Shown piece by piece: positions 29,979 through 39,300 of a stretch of 64,000 bases of DNA (its first letter is position 1; each line of letters begins with the position of its first letter). The stretch comes from Armatimonadota bacterium (GTDB lineage: Bacteria; Armatimonadota; UBA5829; DSUL01): assembly GCA_039811685.1 (NCBI GenBank), contig JBDHZC010000002.1, forward strand, positions 512,001-576,000, read 5' to 3'. The translations under genes and the position numbers were made by a program. Below the pieces are notes generated by a model. The model was not told where the DNA came from. It did no database searches and saw only the letters and a program-made list of their open reading frames with translations.

Positions 29979-31067
29979 TCAGCCTTTTACGCCTGAGATA
30001 ACCACACCCTGAATGAAGTAGCGCTGGGCGGCGGCGAAGAGAGCCAGAAGCGGGAGCATGACGACAGTGGCCGCCGCCATCAGCAGCTGCACATCCACCG
30101 AGTGCTCTCCCTGAAACGCATACAGCCCCAGCGCAAGCGTGCGCAGATCAGGGTTTCCCAGATAAATCAGTGGGCCGAGAAAGTCATTCCAGTGCCCCAT
30201 GAAGCTGAAGATCGCTACCGTCGCTACAGCCGGCTTTATCTGGGGCAGAATCACCCGCCCGAACACCTGCGCCGTGGATGCCCCGTCAATTCTGGCCGCT
30301 TCGTCCATCTCCAGAGGGATGCTCATGAAGTACTGGCGCAAGAGAAAGACAAAAAACCCTGACGTCGCAAAAAAAGCCGGTACGGTGAGGGGCAGGAAGG
30401 TGTCGTACCACCCAAGCGTGACAAATATCTTGAAGAGCGGCACCATAGTTACCTGTGCCGGGAGCATCATCGTCGAAAGCAAGACAATAAACAGAGCGTT
30501 GCGCCCCGGAAAGCGCAGTCGCGCGAATCCAAAGGCGACCAGGCAACAGCTTGCCACCTGCCCCACCAACGCAAAAAAGGTGATGAGCAGCGTGTTGCGC
30601 AGATACAACAGAAAGCGGAAATTGGGCGGTGTGAGCGCCTCCGTGTAGTTCTGCCAACGGGCCCCCCATGTCTTGACCGGCGCGACGCTGTCCTCACTGA
30701 GCGTCTGCGTCTGTGCGGGAAGATATGGCAGAGTATCGGGGCGCTCCCGGCCAAGCACGGCCAGGCGCAGCTTTCCCGCCGGCAGCCGCTCAAGCATCGC
30801 GAGATACAGCGGCTTGTCACCGGAAGTGCGATAGACCGGATACTCGGATTTTCCCACCTTCACAACGACCTGACGCCTCGGAATCCACTCGATGTTGCGG
30901 CTGAAGATCTGATCTTTGTCCTTCAGCGATGTGGACAGCATAAAGGCAAAGGGAATCAGGAACACTGCTGTGCCCGCAAGCAGCAGGGCGTAAGCCACCG
31001 CGCGTCCGCGCGCCTCACTTCTGCGGCGGCTGGCGTAAAGACTTCCATGCGCTGGAGCCGCGCTCAT
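29979..31067 (-). CDS. Carbohydrate ABC transporter permease (MalG-type) with an extracytoplasmic insertion
   Basis: EAA loop EMDEAARIDGAS, WNDFLGPLIY, AQRYFIQG. Confidence 0.93.
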   Translation of the reverse strand: MSAAPAHGSLYASRRRSEARGRAVAYALLLAGTAVFLIPFAFMLSTSLKDKDQIFSRNIEWIPRRQVVVKVGKSEYPVYRTSGDKPLYLAMLERLPAGKLRLAVLGRERPDTLPYLPAQTQTLSEDSVAPVKTWGARWQNYTEALTPPNFRFLLYLRNTLLITFFALVGQVASCCLVAFGFARLRFPGRNALFIVLLSTMMLPAQVTMVPLFKIFVTLGWYDTFLPLTVPAFFATSGFFVFLLRQYFMSIPLEMDEAARIDGASTAQVFGRVILPQIKPAVATVAIFSFMGHWNDFLGPLIYLGNPDLRTLALGLYAFQGEHSVDVQLLMAAATVVMLPLLALFAAAQRYFIQGVVISGVKG

Positions 31068-32014
31068 CCCCGCGCCCTCTCACCCTCGTAGTACACCCAG
31101 CGTTTGCTTGTCCCGAATACTACCAGCGTCAGCGCCAGAATCACCAGAAAAAGAATCCACGCCATCGCGCAGGCGTAACCCATGCTGAAATACTGAAACG
31201 CCTTCTGGTACAGATAGAGCACGTAAAACAGAGTGCTGTAGGCGGGGCTTCCCGCGCCGCCAGTGATGACGAAAGCGCTGACAAATACCTGAAAGCTGGC
31301 GATGATCCCCATGACGACATTGAAGAAGATAGTGGGGCTGATCATGGGAAGCGTCACGTTAACGAACTTGCCCCACGCCGCCGCCCCGTCCAGCTCCGCC
31401 GCTTCGTAAAGCTGCGTCGGCACACTCTGCAGGCCCGCCAGGTAGATGATCATTCCAGCGCCCGCGCCCCAGAGACTCATGATCACGAAAGCCGGGATCG
31501 CCCACTCCGGACTTGTGAGCCACTGCGGACCGTGAATGCCAAACTTCGCCAGAATCAGATTGATGATGCCGGAGTCCGGGTTGAAAATCCACTTCCACAG
31601 CATAGCCACGGCCACTCCAGGCAGAATGGCAGGCAGATAGAAGATGGCGCGGAAGAATGTGAGCCCCTTGACACGCTGATTTAGCAGGACGGCGATAGAC
31701 AGCGACGTGATCACGCCGATGGGCAGCGACATGGCTGTGTACTTCATCGTAACGCCCAGGGACTTGACGAAGCGGAAGTCGTGCCCGAACATCTGGCGAT
31801 AGTTGTCCAGCCCGACAAAGCGCGGCGGATTGAGCATGTCCCAGTCGCACAGGCTCACGTAGAGGGAGAACAGCATCGGCCCAAGCGTAAAGACCAGAAA
31901 GCCGATAATCCAGGGAGCTATGAAGATATAGCCGTCAATAGCCTCGCGCCGGGAGAGCGACCACTTGCGCCTTCCAGCGGCAGAAGGTGGAGAAGAGCTC
32001 ACTGAGCCTCGCAC
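31064..32014 (-). CDS. Carbohydrate ABC transporter permease (MalF-type)
   Basis: FVGLDNY, FRAIFYLP, LAGLQSVPTQLYEAAELDGA, MGYACAMAW. Overlaps both neighbouring genes; exact start uncertain. Confidence 0.93.
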   Translation of the reverse strand: MRGSVSSSPPSAAGRRKWSLSRREAIDGYIFIAPWIIGFLVFTLGPMLFSLYVSLCDWDMLNPPRFVGLDNYRQMFGHDFRFVKSLGVTMKYTAMSLPIGVITSLSIAVLLNQRVKGLTFFRAIFYLPAILPGVAVAMLWKWIFNPDSGIINLILAKFGIHGPQWLTSPEWAIPAFVIMSLWGAGAGMIIYLAGLQSVPTQLYEAAELDGAAAWGKFVNVTLPMISPTIFFNVVMGIIASFQVFVSAFVITGGAGSPAYSTLFYVLYLYQKAFQYFSMGYACAMAWILFLVILALTLVVFGTSKRWVYYEGERARG

Positions 32015-32850
32015 GCAGTGGCGGGAGCAGACGAAAAACTCATGCGCCGCGCTCCCCAGTAGCGATCCAGAAACTCCCCTTCAAAGAGCTTCGAGATGAT
32101 AACGCCCCAGCTTCCGCCGTTGGAGTGAATGAACTCACCATTTCCGATGTACATCCCGACATGCGTTATGCGCTCTTTCACCGTGTCACCCAATCGCGCG
32201 AAGAAGACCAGATCTCCCTCGCGAAGCTGCTCCGGCTCTAGGGGTTGGGCTCGTTCGTCCTGCGCCTGAATCCCCGCGTCCCGCAGAAGCTGGCAGCCGC
32301 ACATCCGGTGGCACATCTGCACAAAGCCGCTGCAGTCTATGCCAAACGGTGTCGTGCCGCCCCATAGATATGGCGTGCCAATGAACTTTTTCGCATGGTT
32401 TACGAGCACATCTCCTCGCGGTTTGCACGGCAGCGGCGTAGAGTCCTGCCGCAGATCTACATCTTTTGCGCGTACCCATCCACTTTGTCCGTCAGGGAGC
32501 TTCAGCTCCACCAGATCGGAAGTGACCTCGCCCGTCTCCACCTCTGTTGTCACCACCAGCTTGGTAAGAATAGGGGCAAAAGCTTTCGGCTCGGCGCGAA
32601 CGTCCACAATCAACGGCTTCACACGCGCGTAGGCTGAGCGGGGATAGCCCTCGCGCTCCAGAGGACGGACAAAGTGGCTGCGCAGCCAGCCTGTATAGCT
32701 GTCCCAGAGGCGCACATGCGACCACTCACCCTGTTCTTCGAGCAGCCAGGCCGGCTGACCCATGATCGCCTGCGTAACAAGCTCCGTTTCTCCAGAGGGT
32801 TCAAGGTGAACGTTGACGACGTTCTTGGCGATAACCAGCGGCTGATTCAT
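31999..32850 (-). CDS. NlpC/P60 (C40) peptidase with two SH3-like domains, YkfC-like
   Basis: GTPYLWGG...GIDCSGFVQ (catalytic Cys), GDLVFF, ITHVGMY...FIHS. No signal peptide. Confidence 0.92.
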   Translation of the reverse strand: MNQPLVIAKNVVNVHLEPSGETELVTQAIMGQPAWLLEEQGEWSHVRLWDSYTGWLRSHFVRPLEREGYPRSAYARVKPLIVDVRAEPKAFAPILTKLVVTTEVETGEVTSDLVELKLPDGQSGWVRAKDVDLRQDSTPLPCKPRGDVLVNHAKKFIGTPYLWGGTTPFGIDCSGFVQMCHRMCGCQLLRDAGIQAQDERAQPLEPEQLREGDLVFFARLGDTVKERITHVGMYIGNGEFIHSNGGSWGVIISKLFEGEFLDRYWGARRMSFSSAPATACEAQ

Positions 32851-32865
32851 AGGCGCAGTCAGACC

Positions 32866-33645
32866 TCAGTATCCTGGCGGGGCGTCTGGCCGGCACCAGT
32901 AAGCGCTGAACAGCCAGGTCTCGGTGGTGGGAGCGTCTTTGGGATAGCGTATCTCCTGAAAAGTGAGGTTGCGAGCGTGCCCGTCGAAGAAACCGATATT
33001 CCACGATGCGTCCGGGAAGCGCCGCGTGTGCCACTGAGAGTTCCATGCCTTCTCACTGTCCGGGCCGTTACTGGACGTCTGCCACACATCAAACACCACC
33101 ATCGCCTTGGTGAGATCGCGCGCCTGATCCATCTTGCACGGCTTGAGAACGCCACGGGGATAATACGTGTTGCTGTAGTTGGTCACATAGCTGGAGCCGT
33201 ACGCCTTGTAGCAGTTCTTGACTTTGCTGCCTGCGGCGCCGTTCGGGCCACCTGTGCGCCAGGTCATCCCCTTGTCAGACGGACAGCGCCACAATTCAGC
33301 GCTCTTGGTGTAGTCCTTCAACAGCACCCAGATGTAGCGGCCCGGATTGATGCCAGGCTCCCCCTGGTGTCCGTTGACATCTTCGAAATCACAGCACGAT
33401 GGCCAGAACCCGTTGTAGTCGTTGGCGTACTGCATGACTGCCCGCGTAATCTGACCCACGTTACTCAGGCAGGCGACTGTGCGGCTTCGCTCCCGGGCCT
33501 GCGCAAAAACGGGAAAGAGGATAGCCGCCAGAATAGCGATGATGGCAATCACGACCAGAAGCTCAATGAGCGTAAAGCCGCGCAGGCCAGAGCGCCTTTT
33601 CACGACGGACTTTTCAGTGTTGATTTTGGATTCACGGAGCGACAT
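32866..33645 (-). CDS. Prepilin-type N-terminal cleavage/methylation protein (DUF1559 / H-X9-DG-CTERM-like)
   Basis: [31 protein letters not shown]...CLSN..Q, WRCPSD, WH...N..FFDGH. ATG at 33645 follows GGAGG. Confidence 0.9.
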   Translation of the reverse strand: MSLRESKINTEKSVVKRRSGLRGFTLIELLVVIAIIAILAAILFPVFAQARERSRTVACLSNVGQITRAVMQYANDYNGFWPSCCDFEDVNGHQGEPGINPGRYIWVLLKDYTKSAELWRCPSDKGMTWRTGGPNGAAGSKVKNCYKAYGSSYVTNYSNTYYPRGVLKPCKMDQARDLTKAMVVFDVWQTSSNGPDSEKAWNSQWHTRRFPDASWNIGFFDGHARNLTFQEIRYPKDAPTTETWLFSAYWCRPDAPPGY

Positions 33646-33713
33646 GTCAGTAGAAGCCTCCCAGTTGGACTCCGGCGTCTGAGGCACGGTGAGGCGAACG
33701 GCGTGATTCATTC

Positions 33714-33803
33714 TGCCTCCGGCAGTTTGCCTCCGGCAGTTTGCCTCCGGCAGTTTGCCTGAGGCAGTTTGCCTAGGCAGAATGCCTAAGCAGTTGCCTG
33801 CAG
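33714..33803. repeat. Tandem 14-bp repeat array (TGCCTCCGGCAGTT x3 plus 4 degenerating copies)
   Basis: Units start at 33714, 33728, 33742 (identical), 33756 (TGCCTGAGGCAGTT), 33770, 33783 and 33795. The intact units have an internal dyad TGCC-nnn-GGCA. Confidence 0.9.
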
Positions 33804-33819
33804 CCATTGGCCTACCGCA

Positions 33820-33849
33820 ATAATATCATCCACAACACAACCTGAGCAA
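33820..33849 (-). promoter_or_regulatory. Putative sigma-70 promoter for the pilin-NlpC-ABC operon
   Basis: Minus strand TTGCTC-N18-TATTAT with an extended -10 TG. Confidence 0.45.
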
Positions 33850-33857
33850 GCATTTTG

Positions 33858-33871
33858 CGGAAACGATTACA
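33858..33871. promoter_or_regulatory. LacI-family operator-like site
   Basis: Minus strand TGTAATCGTTTCCG resembles the TGNAANCGNTTNCA LacI/CcpA-type palindrome and sits just upstream of the -35. Confidence 0.4.
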
Positions 33872-34162
33872 TCTACCTGCTGGATAAGGTATTTTACTCG
33901 AACCGGAGCAGGCCTGGCTGCCGCCTGTAGCCTCCAGCGCTGTTCATGGCGTCAAGACTACAAAAGCACGACGTATAGAGTGACAAAACAGGGCGCGGCG
34001 CTGGCGTCCGGAGGCAAGAGGTGACCGCAGACCCAAACGGGAGATTGCAGAGCTGAGAAGTGGCGGATGGGCTTCCGCGTCATCTCTGTCCCAACCTTTT
34101 CGACCGCGATAGTCCACTTTTGGCATCAGTTCGCGGCCTTTGGCTATACTTTCTGATAGAAG

Positions 34163-34966
34163 ATGGAGAAACAGCGCTCATACGAGAAGCTCATTGAACG
34201 CTACGCAGAAACCGCGAGAACTGCTGGCGCACAGATAACAGATATCGGAAAAATCCAGTCGGATATCGGTGAGTACACCCTCTACAGAATGCATCTGCGC
34301 TGCGGGGAGGGCAAGCAGCGGCTGTGTATATCCACAGGAATGCATGGAGATGAACCGGCCGGGCCGGAAAGCCTGCTGAAGATCATCGCCAGGCTGGGTG
34401 AGCTGCGGGATAGCCTCAACGCCGACTTTCTATTCTTTCCCTGCGACAACCCCAGTGGGTACGAGCTCAACACCCGGGAGAACTGGCAGGGGCTGGACCT
34501 CAACCGCGAATTCGTCCAGGAGAAGCAGGCTGCGGAGATAGCTATCGTCGAAAACGATCTGCGCGGGCGGGCGTTCGACTTCACGCTGGACCTGCACGAG
34601 GACGTGGACACGTACGGGATGTATCTCTACGAACGGGCGCGCAAAGGGTACAGATCTGTCGCTGATTCGATGATCGCCGAGTTACGCGCCAGAGACTATC
34701 CCATTCACGAGGCGGACTGGATTGAGGGATTGCCAGCTTCAGGGGGCATCATCTGGCCAAGCGGCCGCCTGCGCAAGTGCGCGCTGCCAAAAGCCGTGTT
34801 TCTCTGGCAGAACGGAAGCCCTCACCTCGTCACCACGGAAAGCCCGGGCAAGCTGGAGCTGTCCACGCGCGTCGAAATGCAGATGATCTGCTTTGACGTG
34901 GTGTTGAAGCGTCTGCTGGCGGAGGAGTTCGCGGCCGCTCCGGTTCCCAGCGCAGCAGATCGCTGA
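34163..34966 (+). CDS. M14-family zinc metallopeptidase (AstE/AspA/MpaA-like)
   Basis: GMHGDEPAG (HxxE), NPSG...TREN..GLDLNREF, LDLHED, and a terminal TESP. Confidence 0.85.
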   Translation: MEKQRSYEKLIERYAETARTAGAQITDIGKIQSDIGEYTLYRMHLRCGEGKQRLCISTGMHGDEPAGPESLLKIIARLGELRDSLNADFLFFPCDNPSGYELNTRENWQGLDLNREFVQEKQAAEIAIVENDLRGRAFDFTLDLHEDVDTYGMYLYERARKGYRSVADSMIAELRARDYPIHEADWIEGLPASGGIIWPSGRLRKCALPKAVFLWQNGSPHLVTTESPGKLELSTRVEMQMICFDVVLKRLLAEEFAAAPVPSAADR

Positions 34967-35061
34967 TTCTCACCTGTCCTCCGCGCCTGCGCTCTTTTCC
35001 AGCTATACTCCCTCGTGGCCCGGGCGCTCCCTTTACCAGCGCCTTCTGAAAGGATACAGCC

Positions 35062-36219
35062 TTGAGTTCCATCCCACATGGCGGACAGCTTGTCAACCTG
35101 CTTGCCTCTTCCGAGGAAGCCCGCGAACTGACGCGAGAAGCTGAGACTCTCAAGAAGCTCACTCTTGGTCTGCGCGATTATTCTGACGTCGAAATGCTCG
35201 GCATCGGTGCGTTCAGCCCGTTGACCGGTTTCATGAAGCGCGACGACTACGAGAGCTCCCGCAGCCACATGCGCCTGATGAACGGGCTGCCCTGGGGGAT
35301 TCCGATTACGCTTTCGGTGGACAAAGGCGAGGTCAGCGAAGGCGAGCGCGTCGCCCTCCACGCTCCAGACGGCTCCCTGGCGGCGGTCTTTGACGCTGAG
35401 GAAATCTTTGCGTACGACAAGAAGCAGGAAGCCCGCGAAGTGTTCAAGACAGAAGAAGAGGCGCATCCCGGCGTAGCAGCGCTCTACGCGCAGAAAGAGT
35501 TGCTGGCCGGCGGCTCCCTTAAGCTGGTGACCCCACCTCGCCACGGCAGCTTTCCCGGTTATCGCCTCACCCCAACCCAGACCCGCGCCGCCTTTGACGA
35601 GCGCGGCTGGAAGACAATCGTCGGTTTTCAGACGCGCAACCCGGTACACCGGGCGCATGAATATCTGCTGAAATGCGCGCTTGAGATCGTGGACGGACTG
35701 CTGCTGCACCCGCTGGTTGGCGAGACCAAGTCCGACGACATTCCCGCCGACACTCGAATGAAATGTTACGAAGTTCTACTGGCGGACTATTTCCCTTCCG
35801 AGCGCGTTCTGCTGTCCGTAATGCCGGCGGCTATGCGCTACGGTGGTCCGCGTGAAGCTATCCTCCACTGTATCATCCGCAAGAACTACGGCTGCACCCA
35901 CTTTATCGTCGGACGGGATCACGCTGGCGTGGGCAACTACTACGGTACGTACGAAGCGCAGGAGATATTCAACAACTTCAGCGCAGAGGACATCGGCATT
36001 ACGCTGCTGAAGTTCGAACACTCCTTCTGGTGCAATCGTTGCGAGGGTATGGCTTCAACGAAGTCCTGCCCGCACGGCCCGGAGGACCGGGTCAGCCTTT
36101 CTGGAACGAAAGTGCGGGAAATGCTCGCTAATGGACAGCGTCCGCCCAGGGAGTTTTCCAGGCCGGAAGTCGCTGACGTGCTGATTGAGGCGACCCGGCG
36201 AGTCGTATCCGATCAGTGA
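35062..36219 (+). CDS. sat: Sulfate adenylyltransferase (ATP sulfurylase)
   Basis: [54 protein letters not shown]. Confidence 0.97.
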   Translation: MSSIPHGGQLVNLLASSEEARELTREAETLKKLTLGLRDYSDVEMLGIGAFSPLTGFMKRDDYESSRSHMRLMNGLPWGIPITLSVDKGEVSEGERVALHAPDGSLAAVFDAEEIFAYDKKQEAREVFKTEEEAHPGVAALYAQKELLAGGSLKLVTPPRHGSFPGYRLTPTQTRAAFDERGWKTIVGFQTRNPVHRAHEYLLKCALEIVDGLLLHPLVGETKSDDIPADTRMKCYEVLLADYFPSERVLLSVMPAAMRYGGPREAILHCIIRKNYGCTHFIVGRDHAGVGNYYGTYEAQEIFNNFSAEDIGITLLKFEHSFWCNRCEGMASTKSCPHGPEDRVSLSGTKVREMLANGQRPPREFSRPEVADVLIEATRRVVSDQ

Positions 36220-36339
36220 GTTCGTAGTCTGCGCTTTCTGGGCAGGCTGTCGCGGCAGTTGGGAGATAGTGGGGGCGCAACAGGAGGGACTTTCTTTACG
36301 TCAAACTTTCGCATATAATCCGTCGCGATAAGATTACAA

Positions 36340-39300
36340 TTGCGTGCCCACCGGTGCGTCGAAAGTTGGACCCGAACCTTGATTAGAAGAGTCGCCGCCT
36401 GCCTTTTGCTCTGCCTGGGAACCGCCCTTGCGCGCGCCCATGCCGACTACGAAAAAGCTGTCTATCCTCAGACCGCTCCAGTGGTCTCCTCCATCACAGT
36501 CCAGGCACCCGGATCGGCGAAGCTGGGAGAGACCGTCAAAGCGCAGATCAGTGTCTCGACCGCCTCTGCCTTTTCGGACGACCGGGATCTGTACATTTAT
36601 CTGGTGCACGCTGGCGCGGTCCGCGCTGCGCAGGTCCTCAATCCAGCACCAGCGACAAAGTCGTGGAAGGCGTCTGGCGCGAAGCTCAAAGATGTCCTGA
36701 TCCGTATTCCCAAAAACATACCAACCGGTGATTACTCCCTGGTTGTGGGCGTGTACAGAGAGAAACAGGAAGGGCGCGCCCCCATCACCGTCACCGGCAC
36801 ACAGGCTACCAGACTGGCGAAGATTATCACCCGCGGCAGAATGGTGGACAAGTACGGCGTCGGACACGAGTGGTTTCTAAATGACGCTCACGCCTTGATC
36901 TGGGACGGCAAGCCCTGGATGCCTGCCGGCGGGATGTTCGTCTACGACCGGGACTGGAACGTCGTCAAAGCGCAGATTGACCTGCTCCACAAGTACGGCG
37001 TGCGCAGCATCTACCTGCACCTGGGCGTCAACCAGCCCTACCCCTGGAAGACCTACTCCGATGACGACTACCGCTTCTTCCAGCAGACCATCGACTATCT
37101 CGATGACCTGGGTTTCACGTACGGTGTTGAATTTCAGGCGCTGGAAGCGAAAGGCCCGGGCTTCTACTACCCCGCGCCCGGGCCACGCAAAGATATCACC
37201 TCCAGCGGCAGAGTTGAAGTGCAGCAGGACAAAACTCTGAGCGGGTACTTTGCCGTGTTCGACAGACATACGCAGCAGATTGTCCAGACGGGCGAAGTGA
37301 GTGTTACGGACGGCAAGAGCATATCGGCGGATGTGAAAGTGCCCAAACCCGGCGACTACACCGTCACTTTCGGTCTGAAGCGCCAGGCGCCGGATATGTT
37401 CAGCATGTACTACTGGGATCAGCAATATCCCAACTACGTCGAAGTCGTTCGCAAACACTACAGCAAAGTCGCGCTGGGGCCGGGTTTCCGATTCCTGGTT
37501 GATCCGCTCTGGAACGAGATGAATGTCAACCGGGACTTCTACCCAGCCTCCGATGTGTACTACCAGCAGTTCGCGGACTGGCTGCTGAAGCGCTACGGAA
37601 CAGTGGACAAGCTGAACGAAGCGTGGCACGCGGTGACAGCGTACGCAGGTGAGCAGAATGCGTCGATAGCCGGCGTGGACAGCTTTGACACAGCCTCACG
37701 CCTGATTCCCATTGACCGCAAGGACGCTCCCGGCAACAAAATCCTGCAGTACATGATGGACCCGCAGACCGGCCGGGTGTTTGCGATGGATCTGCGCAAG
37801 GGACAGTTCAACTACGACACGCAGGAGTTTCTGGGACGCTCGCTCCTTTACTACACCTGCGACATCGCAGATCAGTTCAAGAAACTCTACGACGTGCCAG
37901 TCATCTACAAGGGCTTCTCGGACATGGATTTCTGGCATATCAACGACCTTGGCACACCCGGTGGGCACGACGGGTTGGGAATGGAGTCCTACGGCAACGG
38001 CGAGCCGATGATGCTGTTTATGGCGGCGCATCTGTACGGTGAACTGGAGCAGGCGACCAAGACGACGTGGCTGGTGGTGACGGAGACGGGTCAGGGCGCT
38101 CATCAGGACAACAGCCCTTCACGCAACAAGCCGCCCGGCTATACCAGCCGCCTGGACCATATGTACGCCAACTACAACGCGATGCTCTCAGGCGGGGCGA
38201 AGGGAATCTTCCAGTACAACATGGTTCCTGGCAGAGGCTCCAACGATCCATGGACCGATGCGCTGATTTCTGACCCGCGACAACTTGAGTGGCTGGCAAC
38301 CTACGACAGGATTCTGGCCAATGCGCCCGCTCTGGCTGAGTACAAACCGCCGATGTACTTCCGCTATCCAGGACTGTTCAATCCGAACTCCATGAACCTG
38401 CGCAGTGAGCCAGCGGATGACTATGCCAACATGGGCGGCTGGTGGTGGCGGGAGCCCGTGGAGCGCGCGGCTAACGATATCTGGATCGTCCCCTCCTTTT
38501 CACTGCGTCCCGAGGCGCCAATGCTGATCGTGAATCTGGAGGACTCACCGGCCACCGAGCGCTTCCGCGACGAAGTGTCCAACGCCATAAAGGAAAACCT
38601 GCGCCTCACCGTTATCGGATTCCGGCGCAACCCGGGAGCGGCGCCGGAGCTTGACAAGTACTACGAAGACGCCTGGTCAACAGACACAGACGGGCGCAAA
38701 TTCCAGCCACTGCGCCCCACAGCCACCAGCCGCGTGATTGGACGCAATGAAGCCGGACAGGTGTGGAATCTGATGGATGGCAACCTCCAGATAATCTCCA
38801 AAGAAGTCTTTGCCGAGCACGGCTATCGGCCGGAGTTTCTGGAGACAGGCGGCGAGCGCGGCGTGGAGCCGTACTACGGAGTCTTCAGGGATCTGCTCGG
38901 GGTACGGCTGCTGAATGTGGGAGAAGGGCTTTATGGACTGACCTACAGCGACGGCGGTACGCCGGTCACGGTTCTCGGGCTGACCAACGACGCGAGAGAG
39001 TCCCGCACCCTCAGCTTTCTGGCGAAGCCGGGCAGCGTTGAAGCGCAGTTTCCGTCCGGAGAAAAGACCGGCGTCGAGCGCAACGGATCGTTCAGTGTCA
39101 AGCTCGACCTTGTGGGCAGAAAGCTCATAAAAGTGGATGAGTGGCCGCTTCGAGATCAGAATCGCTGGGTGCAAAGCGGCGTTATTGTGGACTCTACCAA
39201 CGCTCACGACTCCGTTGTTCTGAGAGGCTTACCCGAAAAGGACAGCGTTCCCGCCGAAGCCGCGCGCTCTGCTATTCTGGAGGCGGCGAGGACAACTCCA

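Noticed and set aside
33714..33803. CRISPR array
   Set aside because: Units are 14 bp, directly adjacent with no unique spacers, and there are no cas genes in the window. It is a simple tandem repeat.
33646..33807. Upstream extension of the first pilin-like ORF through the repeat array
   Set aside because: It translates a 14-bp non-triplet repeat; an RBS and ATG at 33645 give a normal prepilin leader.
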